Assembly: GCA_964035545.1 (NCBI GenBank)
Contig: OZ037773.1
Coordinates: forward strand, 2,509,751-2,573,750
Reading direction: 5' to 3'
DNA: 64,000 nucleotides
DNA from: Bugula neritina
Taxonomy: Eukaryota > Animalia > Bryozoa
Shown here: one piece after another, positions 61,281 to 64,000 of the stretch
Layout: every line of letters begins with the position of its first letter
Position numbering within the stretch: position 1 is the first letter of the stretch
The notes under the pieces: model-generated
What the model saw: only the letters and a program-made list of their open reading frames with translations
Database searches by the model: none
What the model was told of the DNA's origin: nothing
Program-made: the position numbers and the translations under genes

Positions 61281-64000
61281 ATGGCTGAAGTTATGGATGT
61301 TCAACCTACTGTCACTGCTGTGGATCTGCCCAATGTTGAAAGTGATGGTATGGTGACAACATGTTACTGATCTCTTGCATCTCATTTATATTTCACTTAA
61401 ATGTGACTAATTTTAATAGAAGTTATGAGTCTTTGTTTTATCCTGAAACCTAATTCCTATTGATGAAAGTTTGTTGCTTTTCTTGGTAAGAGTCTGCATT
61501 TTAGGGATGTTTATTCTAAGTACCTCTAATTATTTCAATTGTAATTTTTATTATAAACTTCTTTTATTATTCTTATCATAATTTTTCTAAAAGTGGAAAT
61601 AGGTTTTGCAACAATAACCTAAAAATGAGCATCATTTAAATAGAATGGGGAAATTTTATTGACAGTTGCGCTGAAACTCAAGCAATGAATTTGTTCCAGT
61701 TACTATGAAACATATTTTCATGTGTTCAGTAATTTATATAAAAACTTATGAGGGCTTATAATCGCCATCTCTGTGAGAACCCTTGATGGAGATGGTTTTT
61801 TCAAGGACTTGCTTTCTGTTGTGACACAGGAGTAGTTATGATTGGATGCTCTTCTTAACATCACCAATAGTCTTTACTGGTGTTCAAACCACTGACCTCT
61901 TGTTTACTAAGCCAGGCTCTAACCACATGGATGTATCCAGTAGCTTATGTATTCATCAGAATTGTTGATCAGAAATGACCTTTATTCACTTGGTTGTGTT
62001 TGAGTTCAATAAAAACGTCAATTGACTTTTCACCCAGTGTGTGTCCCAGTAGTCTATAATGCGACATAATTCTAGTAGTTCTAATTAATTTAGACCTGAA
62101 TTATTTATCCAATAAGTTGACAGTTTGATGTGTTGTTTTGTTCTAATATCAGTAATGCATTTTAACCAATTGTTTATAAATATAGGTACTACACAAATTA
62201 CTTCAACTTCTGTCCAATAATCTCAAATCTTTGTTTTTTCATTCCTTTCACTCTCAGGATTTAAAGCTCCAAGCCTGCCTTCCCTTAATAAGTCTAACTC
62301 CGAGGTTGAAGTGAAATCATCAAATAATGACCAAAAGCCGTCGGAGAGAAAATCTGTTCCCACTTCCAAGGATAAAGGGGCGTTAAAGTCACCCGCTGAA
62401 AACCTCAAACCTGTGCCACCCCTCCCATACAAGGGTAGGTCATCTTAAAAGTTGTCTTCTCTATTTGTTTGAGTACATTTATTGCTAGCATTTTGTATTG
62501 ATATTTCAACATTATCTTTGTAATGCCATTATCTTGTTGTATAAACAAATCTAAAAAAGTACATTATTATTCAACATTCCTTTGTGGCATAAAATTGAAG
62601 CAAACACGCTCTGACATTGATGTGATTAATGTGTTTAGTGTTTATAGCTTAGATTGTTTATGCAGCTATTTATATAACATAGATTTATATAGCAGTCATA
62701 GTTGGCAGTTATATTGAACTTTTACAAAATTTGTTTTTGCAAAGTTATGGCATAAATCACATATGTGTTGGCATAGAATGTAAGCTTTTTACTAAAAATT
62801 AAAGTATTGAGGTTATGGCAGTTCTATGAAGCTAAACAACTAGCAAATAAGCTTGAAAAGTTTCCCAAGGCAGACAACTCCCAATTCCTAACATTTTTTA
62901 ACTCGATATGCAAATTTTTCATGCTTCATTTTCTCTCTCTCTGGAAAAAGTCCTTTCCTAGTACATTGATGTTTCTTATTTTCCCCTACGATGATCTCAA
63001 AACTTTCGCCTTTTGGCAACCAACGATGATCATGTAATTGGTTTGAAAATAAAACTCGCACAAGTTTATAGTTGCCATCCCTGTGGGAAACCCCCTGATG
63101 AAAGGTTTTTTTTGTTGAATAGACCCTTTTCAGAGGTCCCCCCCCCCCCCCCCCCCCCCCCGATGTCCCCCCTTACAATTAAGAGTTGTGGTCTCCCAAA
63201 ATGAAATTTGTTGAGCAAAATAGGCTTAAACTCATTTTTGTGGTTTTGGTTACTGAGCAAAGCTGAAGTGCCAGATTAACATTGCCCAGTAACCAAAACC
63301 ACATAAATGCTTTCAGGATTCTTTCTGTCAAAATTATCTTTGAAGAAATATTTTTAAAGTTTTTTTCGAACTGCTAATCTGTGTGCTTATACCAAAATAT
63401 CTATCTCCTAAAATAACAATTCTATAGCATAATTAGAATTCTAAGTAGCAGCCAAACTTTAAATTTTCAATGAGTTTGCTCTTTATACAAAGGTTCAACC
63501 TATTCCCTGTAGGAGACCACAACTCTTAATTGTAAAGGGGATATTAGGGACCTCTGAAAATGGTCTATTGGGTTAAGTACTTCTTCATCTATGTGGCACA
63601 GGAGCAACTATGACTGGATACTTTTCCCAACATCACCAATGGCCTTTGTTGGGGTTCGAACCCATGATTTCGTGTTTGCTAGGCAAATGCTCTAACCCGT
63701 AGACCATGCCTCTTTCCTGTAGTTGATTTTAAAAAAAATTAATGAAATAAGAATTGTTTTTGTACTGAAATTATGCATAGAAAGTTTCTCAATGATTTTT
63801 CTATATTCTTGTGATATTCTTGGGTACTTTCTAGAACCTACGTGGAGTGGAACATGTTCCCACAAGTATACTGTAGAGGTCATTAAGAATGGAGTGTCTG
63901 TTAGTGAAATAGCATTGAGCTCTAAACCTTTCTGGGTGGTTGGAAGACTACCACAGTGTGACGTATCAATGGAGCACCCCAGTCTGTCTCGCTATCACGC
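61281..64000 (+). CDS. SLC4A1AP: Kanadaptin (FHA-domain protein), 3'-partial
   Basis: Exons 61281-61347, 62258-62434, 63835 to window end, phase 1/1. Motifs GFKAP..., PPLPYKEPTWSG..YTVEVIKNG..VVGRLPQCDVSMEHPSLSRYHA (FHA GR..S..H signature with the kanadaptin-type PYxEPxW lead-in). Confidence 0.82.
61760..61935 (-). mobile_element. tRNA-derived SINE copy 2
   Basis: Same tail (CCATCTCTGTGAGAACCC), core (GGATGCTCTTCTTAACATCACCAAT) and degenerate B/A boxes as copy 1. Confidence 0.65.
63067..63712 (-). mobile_element. tRNA-derived SINE copy 3, split by a MITE
   Basis: Minus strand shows an A-box-like TGGTCTACGGG and a B-box GGTTCGAACCC (about 63652-63706). The tail lies at 63067-63120, separated by the MITE at 63121-63566. 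Confidence 0.7.
63121..63566. mobile_element. MITE with AT TSD, nested in a SINE
   Basis: TIR AGACC(C/A)TTTTCAGAGGTCCC..TTACAATTAAGAGTTGTGGTCTCC at both ends. Internal 28-bp hairpin at 63233-63309. AT is duplicated on the flanks. Confidence 0.85.

Noticed and set aside
63640-63712. tRNA gene
   Set aside because: A and B boxes are present, but there is no clean cloverleaf and the sequence continues into a SINE body with other degenerate copies.

Overview
AT-rich, intron-rich eukaryotic DNA from an invertebrate bilaterian. It looks lophotrochozoan-like, but the taxon cannot be fixed from sequence alone. Most ORF-track entries are artefacts of tandem repeats. By hand-splicing GT-AG exons I reconstruct six genes. 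(1) The 3' part of a type I membrane protein, TSP1x4-Ig-EGF-TM-acidic tail (+, 309-7574). (2) A galactose mutarotase (GALM)-fold gene that has lost every catalytic residue and appears to need a 6-nt microexon (-, 9420 to about 18852). (3) A Fos/kayak-like bZIP with two candidate first exons (+, 21266 or 22811 to 31137). (4) A SPRED-like EVH1 protein with a collapsed Sprouty domain (-, 38459-44375). (5) numb (-, 45919-56306), with a tandem-duplicated, apparently mutually exclusive PTB exon pair, one copy carrying a polybasic aPKC-type insert. (6) The 5' part of kanadaptin/SLC4A1AP (+, 61281 to window end). Non-coding features are several MITEs (one nested in a tRNA-SINE), many minisatellites anchored on splice sites, and a cryptic 6-bp-periodic sequence just downstream of each inferred transcription start. 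All gene models are manual. Homolog comparisons are from recalled sequences, not database searches.
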